Virus record (IMG/VR): IMGVR_UViG_3300031993_000007
Direction: 5' to 3' (one strand)
Length of the DNA stretch: 64,000 nucleotides
DNA from: a virus
Lineage: Duplodnaviria > Caudoviricetes
In this document: positions 9,511-18,939 of the stretch, piece by piece
Layout of the letters: each line of letters starts with the position of its first letter
Numbering within the stretch: the first letter of the stretch is position 1
Notes under the pieces: model-generated
What the model saw: only the letters and a program-made list of their open reading frames with translations
Databases searched by the model: none
What the model was told of the DNA's origin: nothing
Translations under genes and position numbers: made by a program

Positions 9511-10101
9511 CTAAGCTGGGAGAGTTGTAAGGTGAGTCCGGAGCCATTCGTCCGTATCTTTCAGTTCGCTTTCAAGAGACATCAGCTTGTCGAAACGAGA
9601 GAACATGTCTACTAAAGACTTCATTGCAATCTTTTCGTAGTCATTTTCAAAGACGTATTCTGCACGCTTGTAGATTTCAAACTCGTTGCGGATATACTCT
9701 TCAGAGCGTTCTTCGCCACGAACTTTCAGAGCCTCTTCGAGAGACCTATGGATACCCACAATCTTGTAAGTGACCTTGGAACGGTCAATCTTAGCGATGA
9801 AGTCATCCAGCCCTTCATTGTTCAAGACAATGATTCCTGTGCGGGTATCGAACATCGGAGTAGGAATACTACCATAGTGCTTGCCATTAATGGTGCAGCA
9901 GCCAATCAGCTTGCTCTGTTCTTCGGCGAACTGTTCTTCAGATACAAATTTGTATGCTGACGGCGATTCACGATCCCGGCGCTTTCGGGTAGTGTACTGC
10001 TCCACATTGACAAATGTCATCGGGGCAAACTGCGTGAGAATGTTCTTTACGGTGCTTTTGCCAGTTCCTGACGCACCAACGAATATAAGATATTTTTGCA
10101 T
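9511..10101 (-). CDS. gmk: guanylate kinase
   Basis: P-loop GASGTGKST, YTTRKRR..E...YKFVS..F, and HYG motifs. Confidence 0.85.
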   Translation of the reverse strand: MQKYLIFVGASGTGKSTVKNILTQFAPMTFVNVEQYTTRKRRDRESPSAYKFVSEEQFAEEQSKLIGCCTINGKHYGSIPTPMFDTRTGIIVLNNEGLDDFIAKIDRSKVTYKIVGIHRSLEEALKVRGEERSEEYIRNEFEIYKRAEYVFENDYEKIAMKSLVDMFSRFDKLMSLESELKDTDEWLRTHLTTLPA

Positions 10102-10341
10102 ATGGATTCTCCATCGTTGTGTCATTTAAGTGTTTGGGGCAGCTGAGCTTCAGCACCTAGGTGAGAATTCCAAAACCTGCTAAATTCTTTTCGCGCAATT
10201 AAATAAGATATTTTTAGTATAGAAATAGATAGTAGTAACATTTTAATTGTCTAATTTTAAAATCTATAATTTTATTAATAAAAATATATAAAATTTAGAT
10301 AGATTTATAAATTAGATCTGTCAAATTCAAAAAGGAACACT

Positions 10342-11553
10342 ATGAGAATAGTACCCATTGATATAGACAAATTGTTTGATCCAAATCGTGTAATTTCTAA
10401 TGCAGAAATTATGGATAAGGATAGACAGTTTACCGATAACGGTGTATATAGCGAAAAGATCTTTGGTTCTCTAAACGGGGATGATCTTGAGTACGCATGT
10501 AAATGCGGAAAAGTCCACGGAAGAATTACTGAAGGTATGCTGTGTACAGAATGTGGAACTAGGGTCTATGCAAAACAGGCAATCATCTCACGAATGGGAT
10601 GGATAGATCTTGGAGACCACAAAGTCATTAACCCCAGATTTATGGGGTTCATTCAGAGCTATATTGGCGTCACAAGGTTAAAGCGGTATCTGTATGACCG
10701 TATCGAAATCGATGTGGATGGCAATGCAAAGCTAACTGAAGAGGATCCATCTAAGAAATCTAAGGATCCGCTCCCAGAATGTATTGGAATGGGAGTCACC
10801 GACTTCATCGCTAATTTTGATAGTATCCTTGAAGTCTATCACGGAATCAGGAAGGACGAAAAGATTGAAGTCTATAACTTCTTGAGGAAGTACAGGAATT
10901 TACTCTTTATCTCCAAGATCCCGGTATACAGTCCGAGATTGAGGCCAGTTGTAATTATCGGAGATAAAGTCATTTCAGACCAAGTCAACCAATTCTATCA
11001 ACAGATTATCAAACTGGTTGCAGGTCTAAAAAGCCTTGGAAGAGACAGAACTCCACTAAGCGAAAATCCTTATGTCAACAAGATCCAAGAGATCCTAGAA
11101 GAAGTTGACAACAGTGTGATTCTGGCTCTAAATGGCAAAAAGGGACTCATCCGAAACACGGTATTAGGGTCTCGTCTCAATTTCAGTACCCGATGTGTGA
11201 TTACGCCACTTTCAGTTGGAACCGAAGTGGACGAAATCCATGTACCGTATGTGGTAGGTTTGGAATTGTTCAAGCTCGAAATCTTGAATTACCTGAGAAC
11301 AAAATATGGAATCTCGTACTTCGATGCAATGGTAAGATTCATGAAGGCGATCAATGTCTTTGATGAGGATATTTACACCTTCTTAAACGAACGTATCGAA
11401 GGCGGTCGTCCTGTACTCCTGAACCGAAATCCGACTATCTCGGTAGGAAGTATCTTGCGAATGCGCATAACCCACATTAAGAGAGACATCAGCGACAAAA
11501 CCATGTCTATTCGTAATAATGTCTTGAAGTTCTTAAACGGGGATTACGACGGT
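10342..11553 (+). CDS. RNA polymerase beta' N-terminal/catalytic subunit, exon 1 (probably non-virion RNAP)
   Basis: EKIFG, CKCG...CTECG zinc finger, RMGWIDL, LRPV, GKKGLIR...LGSRLNFS.R.VI, LLNRNPTI, ending NGDYDG at 11553. Confidence 0.92.
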
Positions 11554-12639
11554 TGGTTATTTGCTATAGCAGCTTAGAAGAATCATTGTATTTATTGAAT
11601 ATTTGTGCATTTTGAAGATAAACTGCCATTACAACTTCTAAAAATAACATTAAATTGTAATTTTGAGGTTAATATGGCCGTTAAACTTTCTGAAGAAGAA
11701 TTCTATAAAAGAATTAAGGAAATCGGTACTATTGAGGTAGTAGGAAGTTATCCTGGATCTTCAATGGGAAGAACCGACTTTAAATGTAAAACTTGTGGTC
11801 ATCAGTGGAATGCCAAGGTACTTAACATTGTCAACGCTGATATTACAAGTCGAACAGGTTGTCCTGAATGTGCTGCCAAAAGAAGGTTAGTACATTTGAA
11901 TAAACCAAAAGCCAATTATCTCGCTTCATTATTAAAGCAAAGAAAAGATGGTAAGCAATATAAATGGCTTGGTAAATATCATAAGGATAACAAAGAAAAA
12001 ATAGAAATTCTTCATAAAGCATGTGGGCAAAAGTTTCTCTGTAGGCCGAATGACTTTCAACAGGGTTACGGATGTCCATTTTGCAGAAAAGGTATTGTAG
12101 AAAAAATATTTCGTGTCTATCTGCGAGTAATGTCTTCCGATGATCAAAAACTTATTAAGATAGGAATAGATCGCACAGGACATAGAATGCGAAATAATTA
12201 TAGAGGATTTCATATCGACGAAACCTTTATGTCTAATTATACCGATGAAAAAACTGCACGAAGAATTGAAAGATACATATTGAATCTTTTTGCATCGCAC
12301 AAGGAAGAACCTAAAAAGAAATTTTCTGGGTTTACCGAATGCTTCAAATATAGCGAAGAAGTATATGGCTGTCTTAAAACGCTCTTAATTGCTGGAACAC
12401 CCTTAGAGCTTAAAGTACCGCTACAACGGTAAAAATCTTTAAGATTGGGCAATCAGCAGCCAAGGTTTGCTAATAGATTAGCATTCAAGGTTCAACGACT
12501 ATCCCGCAAGGGAGTAGGACTCAAGTGAGCCCGAAATGGAGCGCCTCTTCTAAATAAGAGTGAAGATATAGTCTGATCTACAAAGAAATTTGTAGCTGCG
12601 AAAGCGAATACGAATTAACGACTCGTATTGAACACAATG
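11554..12639 (+). mobile_element. group I (IA-like) self-splicing intron in the RNAP beta' catalytic motif
   Basis: Exon ends in U and intron ends in G; P element aattgctggaa (~12387), Q aatcagcag (12451), R ttcaacgacta (12491), S aagatatagtct (12563); P7 gacta/tagtc; P3 cgctc/gagcg; IGS gctgtc (12368-12373) pairs with exon gacggt. Splicing restores NGDYDGD. Confidence 0.93.
11674..12432 (+). CDS. intron-encoded homing endonuclease (two zinc ribbons plus GIY-YIG/T5orf172-like domain)
   Basis: CKTCGHQW..GCPEC and HKACG..GCPFC zinc ribbons; C-terminal VYL...IKIG...R...E...SGFTECF; GAGG SD; the 3' end reads into the ribozyme core. Confidence 0.75.
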   Translation: MAVKLSEEEFYKRIKEIGTIEVVGSYPGSSMGRTDFKCKTCGHQWNAKVLNIVNADITSRTGCPECAAKRRLVHLNKPKANYLASLLKQRKDGKQYKWLGKYHKDNKEKIEILHKACGQKFLCRPNDFQQGYGCPFCRKGIVEKIFRVYLRVMSSDDQKLIKIGIDRTGHRMRNNYRGFHIDETFMSNYTDEKTARRIERYILNLFASHKEEPKKKFSGFTECFKYSEEVYGCLKTLLIAGTPLELKVPLQR

Positions 12640-12801
12640 GATGTACTTAATCTGTTCTTGATTCTCATGGAAAAGTACGATCAGAGCTTTAAGAAGCTGA
12701 GCCCACAGAATTTGTTGTTCAGCTTTGATGACGGAAAGTTTAACTCTAACCTAGGTTTCAGCAAGGATTACCTCCTTGGCTTGCAAACCTTAATCATGTA
12801 G
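12640..12801 (+). CDS. RNA polymerase beta' subunit, exon 2
   Basis: Reads [35 protein letters not shown]...*, in frame with exon 1; spliced product is 457 aa. Confidence 0.88.
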   Translation, partial: DVLNLFLILMEKYDQSFKKLSPQNLLFSFDDGKFNSNLGFSKDYLLGLQTLIM

Positions 12802-12805
12802 GCTT

Positions 12806-13126
12806 ATGGGGAAAAAGTTCGATAAACACCTTTCAAAGGCAAATCAACATAAGAAAGAAGAGCCGATCCAAGTTCTTGGGCTAGTAACTGAAGTCCTTGG
12901 TGGAGACAAATTTAAGATCAAGCTCGATAATGGGCATGAACTGATCGGTTACATTTCGGGTGATCTGCGCAGGTTTAAGATCCGAGTCCTGCCGGATGAC
13001 TACGTTAAGGTAGAGCTTAGTCCTTATGACTTGAATAGAGGAAGAATGACTTTCCGTTACAAGAACGAGGCCAAGGCTCGAGAAGAATTCAAAAATCCGA
13101 AGAAATTTACAAAGCCAGGAACCTAG
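12806..13126 (+). CDS. infA: translation initiation factor IF-1
   Basis: G.VTEVL...F.IKLDNGH...YISG..R...[21 protein letters not shown]. Confidence 0.95.
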   Translation: MGKKFDKHLSKANQHKKEEPIQVLGLVTEVLGGDKFKIKLDNGHELIGYISGDLRRFKIRVLPDDYVKVELSPYDLNRGRMTFRYKNEAKAREEFKNPKKFTKPGT

Positions 13127-13216
13127 ATGGGTTTGGTCTTGGGTTTCTGTGCATGGGCTGTTATCGACCTGATAACAGTCCGTTTTATTCATGTCTCAAC
13201 CAGAAAGAAGGTAAAT

Positions 13217-13420
13217 ATGACAGACGAACAATTTGCTAGGCTTGAATCCATTGTCAATGAATTGAACAAGGAAGCAAGTATCAATATTGTTCTTGAAAAG
13301 CAATTTGGATCTATGGGTGCATACTTGAAGCCTCATAAGGATGATTGGTGTAACCTTGAAGGTTATAATTTGCTTGGGCAACTTAGAATCATTATGAATC
13401 TCTTGAAGGACGTTAAATAA
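13217..13420 (+). CDS. hypothetical protein
   Basis: AAGG SD before MTDEQ; TAATG overlap with the next gene; an upstream start at 13127 is possible. Confidence 0.5.
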   Translation: MTDEQFARLESIVNELNKEASINIVLEKQFGSMGAYLKPHKDDWCNLEGYNLLGQLRIIMNLLKDVK

Positions 13421-14001
13421 TGGGAAAGCAGATATTTTTGATTCGACATGCTCCTACCGAAGCCAATCTCACGGGATCTATTCGGCAAAATTATGGGGAT
13501 GAACCCATCCTTGATGTTAATCAGAAAGACTTGCAGAGATGGCATGACAATATTGGAGACAATATTCCAGATGGAAAAAGACGGTTGTACATCAGTCCGG
13601 CTTACAGATGCCGACAAACTGCGCAGCTGCTGTTTCCGACCCTGGAGCCGTTAAAGTGCGACGAACTAAAGGAATTTGACTGTTGTGGTCTAGGTTCCAA
13701 GAAATTTTGGGAAGTGTCTCAGATTGAGTTTGAAAGTATGGTGCATTTTAGCTCATTTGACATGGGCTATCAAGCCGATAACTTCTTGAAGACTTGTCAA
13801 CTGACCTCTCCGGATATTATCATTGGGATCAGCCACGGAATGTTTATCCGTTATATGTATCACTTCATGACTGGCAACAGAGATATTAGCCCATACGAAG
13901 TCATAAACAGTAAAGGATTTTCATTTGCGAATCTTGACATGCTAGAAATCAACATGGAAAAGCACAACGTAAAAGTGTACAGATTTAATGATAAAGTCTA
14001 G
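13420..14001 (+). CDS. histidine phosphatase (phosphoglycerate mutase family)
   Basis: LIRHAPT, ISP..RC.QTA, L.E, ISHG motifs. Confidence 0.88.
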   Translation: MGKQIFLIRHAPTEANLTGSIRQNYGDEPILDVNQKDLQRWHDNIGDNIPDGKRRLYISPAYRCRQTAQLLFPTLEPLKCDELKEFDCCGLGSKKFWEVSQIEFESMVHFSSFDMGYQADNFLKTCQLTSPDIIIGISHGMFIRYMYHFMTGNRDISPYEVINSKGFSFANLDMLEINMEKHNVKVYRFNDKV

Positions 14002-14043
14002 TACAAAAATTTATCCCTAGGTTCGCCCTAGGGATTTTATTTT

Positions 14044-14487
14044 TTAGAAAACAAACTTGCCTTCAGCGGTAATAGATCCGTAGAAGCACAGGTGTTTTTC
14101 TTTGGCCAAAGCCGGATTTTTCTTGATGGTTTCCTTGATGCCTTCCAAAGCTGCCTTTACGCCTTCTCCGACAAATTCGCCAGAAGCCCATCCGGGATAA
14201 GACAAATGGCAGACTCCCCATTCATCAAGATATCCACTCCAGCACATCGTTCCGGAAAAGTACAAACCATTACCAGTAAAGCAGAAAGCTTTGGACGGAT
14301 AATCATCCTCATTTCGATAGATCCGATCTGGCAATAAGCTCGGATCCTTGCCTTCGTCGAGCAATTCCTGAACCTTGGCATTATGAGCTTCGTCAATGGC
14401 TAAGCCGATATCCTTGTTTGAAAGATCTTCCTCTTCTACAGGTATTTCTGAAGCCAACTCACAATCAAAGAATTTTGTATAATTCAT
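14044..14487 (-). CDS. hypothetical protein
   Basis: AGGAG SD; AAC-N5-ATTG motif upstream; shared terminator at ~14014-14036. Confidence 0.65.
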   Translation of the reverse strand: MNYTKFFDCELASEIPVEEEDLSNKDIGLAIDEAHNAKVQELLDEGKDPSLLPDRIYRNEDDYPSKAFCFTGNGLYFSGTMCWSGYLDEWGVCHLSYPGWASGEFVGEGVKAALEGIKETIKKNPALAKEKHLCFYGSITAEGKFVF

Positions 14488-14570
14488 GTTACTCCTTTGT
14501 TAAAGTTCAATAAATGGTTCAAGATGGCTGGACTTCCACTCAACTCTGGATTGTTAACAAAGGAAGAATT

Positions 14571-14984
14571 ATGAACGGCGAAGATTTGTTCAGTGAAGAA
14601 AAACCTAAGGAAACCGAAGAAGAAGGTTTGAACAAAGATACCTTCCGTAGGGTTCTAAACATCATTCAAGATTTTCAGCAGCAAATCCAGATTTGGCATG
14701 TGAATACCAAGGGAAGATTCCACTTGGCTACTGAAAAAGCTTATGATGATCTTAAAGAACCTCTTGATGGCCTTCTGGAGGCATACGAGTTTGAAAATGG
14801 CGAATATGCTAAGGAAGACTATCCGAAGCTGGAAAGCAGTTTCTCTGCTGAAAGGGCAACTGCTAAGGGCAAGAAGTTTATCCTTATGATGAACAAGATT
14901 GCCAAGGATATTGACGACGAAGGCATCAAGAGCTATATCGGCGATGTGATTAATGTCGTCCGTTCAATGTGCTTCAAATTCTAA
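14571..14984 (+). CDS. ferritin/Dps-like four-helix protein (DUF5856-like)
   Basis: IWHVNT...HLA....YD.L....D.L.E metal-ligand spacing. Confidence 0.55.
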   Translation: MNGEDLFSEEKPKETEEEGLNKDTFRRVLNIIQDFQQQIQIWHVNTKGRFHLATEKAYDDLKEPLDGLLEAYEFENGEYAKEDYPKLESSFSAERATAKGKKFILMMNKIAKDIDDEGIKSYIGDVINVVRSMCFKF

Positions 14985-14998
14985 AATTTAGCGTTGCT

Positions 14999-15030
14999 AA
15001 TCCCTATGCTGCGAGGCATAGGGATTTTTT
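14999..15030 (+). terminator. intrinsic terminator
   Basis: aatccctatgct-gcga-ggcatagggatt followed by a T tract. Confidence 0.85.
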
Positions 15031-15048
15031 ATAAGTTTATAGCTTCAA

Positions 15049-15060
15049 AACTCTCTATTA
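15049..15060 (+). promoter_or_regulatory. late-type phage promoter AACW-N4-ATTR (representative copy)
   Basis: Same motif lies just upstream of at least 12 other genes (see findings). Confidence 0.7.
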
Positions 15061-15074
15061 GCTAAAGGTATATT

Positions 15075-16427
15075 ATGCAAACATCACAAAAGGTATCATT
15101 TAAGCAGGCGAACGTAAGTTCGAGCGCTATCCTTAGCGCTGTAACTGGAGAAGTTCGCCGTTGGATACAGATGCAGTTTCCTGAAGGATTTTTCAAGTAT
15201 ATCAGGATCACCAGTGGCCTTCCGTCTGTAGACGACAATGAAGGCGAAGAGGAGATGCTTCATAAGTACCGCAAGAGCAATCCAGCCTTGGCCATTCGTC
15301 CGAGGATGCAGTTTCAGAATGATATCATTGGTGGGGCTCTTCAGAATCCGTCTCCATTCTATTATGAGAATCTAGGCCCGGACTCGCATTATTATACTCT
15401 GGCTACAATCCCGGAGTACATGCAACGCATTTCTTTTTTGCTTGAATACTGGAAGTGCAATTTCACTATTGGCATTCGTGTAGAGACTGAAATTCAGGCT
15501 ATGGATATCGTGGGTATGCTAAATACCCGTATCTTCCCTGAAAACTATTTCTACATTGAAAGTGCTCCGCTCCTGATCGAAATTCCTGTAACGATTTTGG
15601 CTAGAAGTGCTGCTGATATTGGGTTCGATCTCAATAAGGCAGATGACGTAGAAGTTTACATTGATCTCTTGAAGCATAGTACCAAGTTTCCTCTGGACAT
15701 CAAGCTCCGTCGTGATAATGGCAAAAAGATTGTCGCATTTTTGATGACTTCTAACATCCTATGCAGATGCGAGAAGTTACCTGACGTAGAAGCCAACAAG
15801 CGCAACCGTGTGCAGGATGACACCAAAATTCAATTTGAAATGACAGCTCAGCTGTCGTATCCGAAGTTGTGGAAAGTCTTAACGGAACTTCCGATCCTTG
15901 ATGACCACGGAAATCTTAGAGATACCGGAGAGACTGCAAATATATCTCCGTTCACTAGTTCCGGATTTACTGGTAAGGGCGTAATGCTCAATTACGCAGT
16001 AATGGCTGTCTTACCTCCGAACATTCCCGGAACTAGTAAGAGACTCGTGTTCAAGCAGAATTTTGTAGTCGAGCCTGATAAGCTGGTGGATACCCTTGAA
16101 CTAGGCGGAATTCTGCCTAAAGATATCGATGCGTTTATCACAGACGCTATGAGAAATCATCGTCAGGATATCCTAACTGACGCTTGCATCTTCAGGCTTT
16201 GGCGTGACGAAGCCGAGTTGAATCCTCAAAGCTTCCACTTTGACTTTAGGACAAAGACCCTAAGCGTCGATGATCCACGACCGAATTACATCTATCGTGT
16301 TGGAATTTATATGGAGTCCAATCTCCTCCATAAGTATGAAGCAATGTTACAAGGTGTTAACGATCTTTCTATGCACTTTGACCATGATCTAATCCAAGGA
16401 AATTATAATGGCGAACCAAAAACCTAA
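15075..16427 (+). CDS. putative virion structural protein
   Basis: 450 aa, late-type promoter, heads an operon of large genes; function inferred from context only. Confidence 0.5.
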   Translation: MQTSQKVSFKQANVSSSAILSAVTGEVRRWIQMQFPEGFFKYIRITSGLPSVDDNEGEEEMLHKYRKSNPALAIRPRMQFQNDIIGGALQNPSPFYYENLGPDSHYYTLATIPEYMQRISFLLEYWKCNFTIGIRVETEIQAMDIVGMLNTRIFPENYFYIESAPLLIEIPVTILARSAADIGFDLNKADDVEVYIDLLKHSTKFPLDIKLRRDNGKKIVAFLMTSNILCRCEKLPDVEANKRNRVQDDTKIQFEMTAQLSYPKLWKVLTELPILDDHGNLRDTGETANISPFTSSGFTGKGVMLNYAVMAVLPPNIPGTSKRLVFKQNFVVEPDKLVDTLELGGILPKDIDAFITDAMRNHRQDILTDACIFRLWRDEAELNPQSFHFDFRTKTLSVDDPRPNYIYRVGIYMESNLLHKYEAMLQGVNDLSMHFDHDLIQGNYNGEPKT

Positions 16428-18912
16428 TTACATTTCGGAAAGGCAGCGCTACATTCCGAATATCTTTGATACAGCTGCTCCGGCTGAGGTGACAAAGTGC
16501 CTTGACTATGATACCCAGATGTCTGAGCTTTTAGCTAAATATTCTTTGCTATTTAAATGCGAAAATATTGCAGCTGTTGAAAATATTGAAGAGCTTAGGA
16601 GTACAAGGCGCGGTACTAAATTCTTGGGGATGTGCGAAGCCAAGTTTGGTAGTGCTGCTACTCAAGGTGGCGATGACAAATTTAGGATCGTTATCGTAAA
16701 AAATTATCGTGGTGTAAGAATCAGCCGTAACTTTGACGAAGATCAGAAGATTCTTATCTTCGACGAAAACGGTTTCTTGGCTGGATCTCCAACGGGATTT
16801 TCTGTAAGTAACTCCTCTGAAGATAAAGCCTTCATGATGGTAGCAGACGGAGTGCTGTACATCGCCTTTAGACATCTTCGCTATGATTCTCAAGCCGATG
16901 ATGAGCGAGATACTACCTGCGAGAACAGCTACACGTCCTCAAAGAATTTCCATGTTGTCGGTGTAGTTATGACTCAGCCGAATTTTACGGCTGCTCCGTC
17001 CGTATCGATTATCGAAGGCAATAACACCGACAGTGATTACTTCTCTGATAATTGCAGGACTAGACAAGACACTAATAAGATTCCTAAGAAGATTGGAATT
17101 CTAATAAACAATCCTCCTACCGGAATGTCGGCCTATGATATCTCAAGGTGGATTTCTTATTACAGAACTGACAGTAACTTCGAACATGGTCTGTTCGTGA
17201 AGATAGACCTAGAAGAATATGCAGAGTTCCTGGAGGACTATGAAGCTAATCATTCTTCTGTAGAGGATTTTCTCGATAGCGAAGCTTCTGGATTGAGCTT
17301 CAGCGGAAACTATGGCGGTCTAAATAACCTTCGGAACATCTACAAGGAAATAGCTAGGATTTTGCGCGATAGATCTAAATTCGTGTATTCTATAGCTATA
17401 GACAAAGAAGCCTACACTCCGAGTGTAAACGAAGATGGCATTCAGTTTGCTCTGGAAGATTATTCTGAAGGTGTAAAAGGTCTTCAGCTGAAGATCATTG
17501 ATAACTACCAGTCGTTCTACGCCAATGGAGACTGCACAGTAACCTTTATGCCTAGATTCCTTCCTGAAGGCTCGCAGTTCTTCGCCCAAAATCGTGAAAA
17601 GACCTTCCGCTGTCAGTTGAGGTTAAAGCATAACCAGAATGGCAAGTATTCAATCACCAGTATCGGCGATAATGATGTATATGGCCAAGCTCTTAGACGT
17701 CTAAAGCTCTTTGATGAAGATCATGGCTTGTATGCCATTCCTCTAACTTCTTATGATTGGGTATCTTCTATCAGCGGATCAACGCCGCTTCCGGTGGATG
17801 GTGTTCCGTGTCTGTTAGCTAAAACTCCAGATGTAATGATGTGGATTGATGGCGTAAAAATGGTTCCGTACATTGACTACACGGTAGAGGAAGGATCCTC
17901 TTCTAGTATCTCTGGCGGACAGCACATCAAGATGCGCCGTCTTCCGGGTCACAGTGCAGCTCCTACAGCTGGAAATGATGAATACACGGATGACGATCCA
18001 ATGTTCCCTCTTCCGCTTGCTGGTGCAGAGTATACCATTAACGTCGTTCTGACAGCACAGCGAGGCTGTTCTCCTGTTGCCTTTGGAAGTCCTTCTACTG
18101 TCTATGAATGCGACGGTATTCTGGAAAGATATATTGGGCCGATGCCTCCTGAGCAAGGTACAGACCCGGTTTATCCGGCAGATAGACAGGTATATCCAGG
18201 AAACCTAAGCGAAAAGTCTGTGCTATTCCGTCTGAAGAATTCTTCCGATGATTTTGAGGTTAATGCTGCACTTAACTACGGGGCATTCAAGATGTTCCCA
18301 GTCGGAGCATTAGCTGATACGGCTATTCTTCATTTCCAAAACGGAAGATACATCCCTACTGCCTCTTACGAATATCGGGTGGCTGGTGACCGAATCTTTG
18401 TGTCTAACAGCAAATTCGAAAACTTGCAAGATATGGAATTCCATATCTTCTTGGACATGTGTATCCCTAAGATCACAGAGATTTCGGATACGCTTTCGAG
18501 GGAAGAAGGCAATTTTGACAAGATGTTCAAATACTTCTTCTCCATAGCAGCTATAACTCCGGGCAGTGCTCAAGAGTCTTATGTCAATGACAGGATGCGA
18601 GACTTTGTGAGCTATACAACCGGCTTAAGCTGGACTGAAGAAGAAACAAAGCAAACTCTCGCCGGAGACAACTTCTTAGGCTTTGCAAGATGGATTAATA
18701 CCAGCTCTAGCTTGGAATATGGTGCGCTCAACACTTATATCGCACATCATGGATATACGGACGATCCGCTGTCTGGTAATTCCTTCGAAGACGATGTGGT
18801 TCTTGATGCTAACCGTAATCTTTCGAACGAAGGCTTCCGCAGTATCAACATCGACCCGTCTGAACCTACTATCACTGGTGAGGTTCTCGATGTACCCGAT
18901 CAGAATATTTAA
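16408..18912 (+). CDS. putative virion structural protein
   Basis: 834 aa, acidic and beta-rich, overlaps the upstream gene. Confidence 0.5.
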   Translation: MANQKPNYISERQRYIPNIFDTAAPAEVTKCLDYDTQMSELLAKYSLLFKCENIAAVENIEELRSTRRGTKFLGMCEAKFGSAATQGGDDKFRIVIVKNYRGVRISRNFDEDQKILIFDENGFLAGSPTGFSVSNSSEDKAFMMVADGVLYIAFRHLRYDSQADDERDTTCENSYTSSKNFHVVGVVMTQPNFTAAPSVSIIEGNNTDSDYFSDNCRTRQDTNKIPKKIGILINNPPTGMSAYDISRWISYYRTDSNFEHGLFVKIDLEEYAEFLEDYEANHSSVEDFLDSEASGLSFSGNYGGLNNLRNIYKEIARILRDRSKFVYSIAIDKEAYTPSVNEDGIQFALEDYSEGVKGLQLKIIDNYQSFYANGDCTVTFMPRFLPEGSQFFAQNREKTFRCQLRLKHNQNGKYSITSIGDNDVYGQALRRLKLFDEDHGLYAIPLTSYDWVSSISGSTPLPVDGVPCLLAKTPDVMMWIDGVKMVPYIDYTVEEGSSSSISGGQHIKMRRLPGHSAAPTAGNDEYTDDDPMFPLPLAGAEYTINVVLTAQRGCSPVAFGSPSTVYECDGILERYIGPMPPEQGTDPVYPADRQVYPGNLSEKSVLFRLKNSSDDFEVNAALNYGAFKMFPVGALADTAILHFQNGRYIPTASYEYRVAGDRIFVSNSKFENLQDMEFHIFLDMCIPKITEISDTLSREEGNFDKMFKYFFSIAAITPGSAQESYVNDRMRDFVSYTTGLSWTEEETKQTLAGDNFLGFARWINTSSSLEYGALNTYIAHHGYTDDPLSGNSFEDDVVLDANRNLSNEGFRSINIDPSEPTITGEVLDVPDQNI

Positions 18913-18939
18913 TTTCTAACATTCAAACAAGGACAAATC

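Noticed and set aside
11554-11577. Beta' ending at the TAG at 11577, stop-codon recoding, or an intein
   Set aside because: A group I core and an in-frame exon 2 explain the break; TAG, TGA and TAA all end genes just before terminators or next starts elsewhere, so the standard code fits.
1961-13126. Bacterial chromosome origin suggested by acpP, gmk, infA and rpo-like genes
   Set aside because: The RNAP genes are split and highly divergent, lack bacterial operon context, and sit among virion genes and phage-type promoters.
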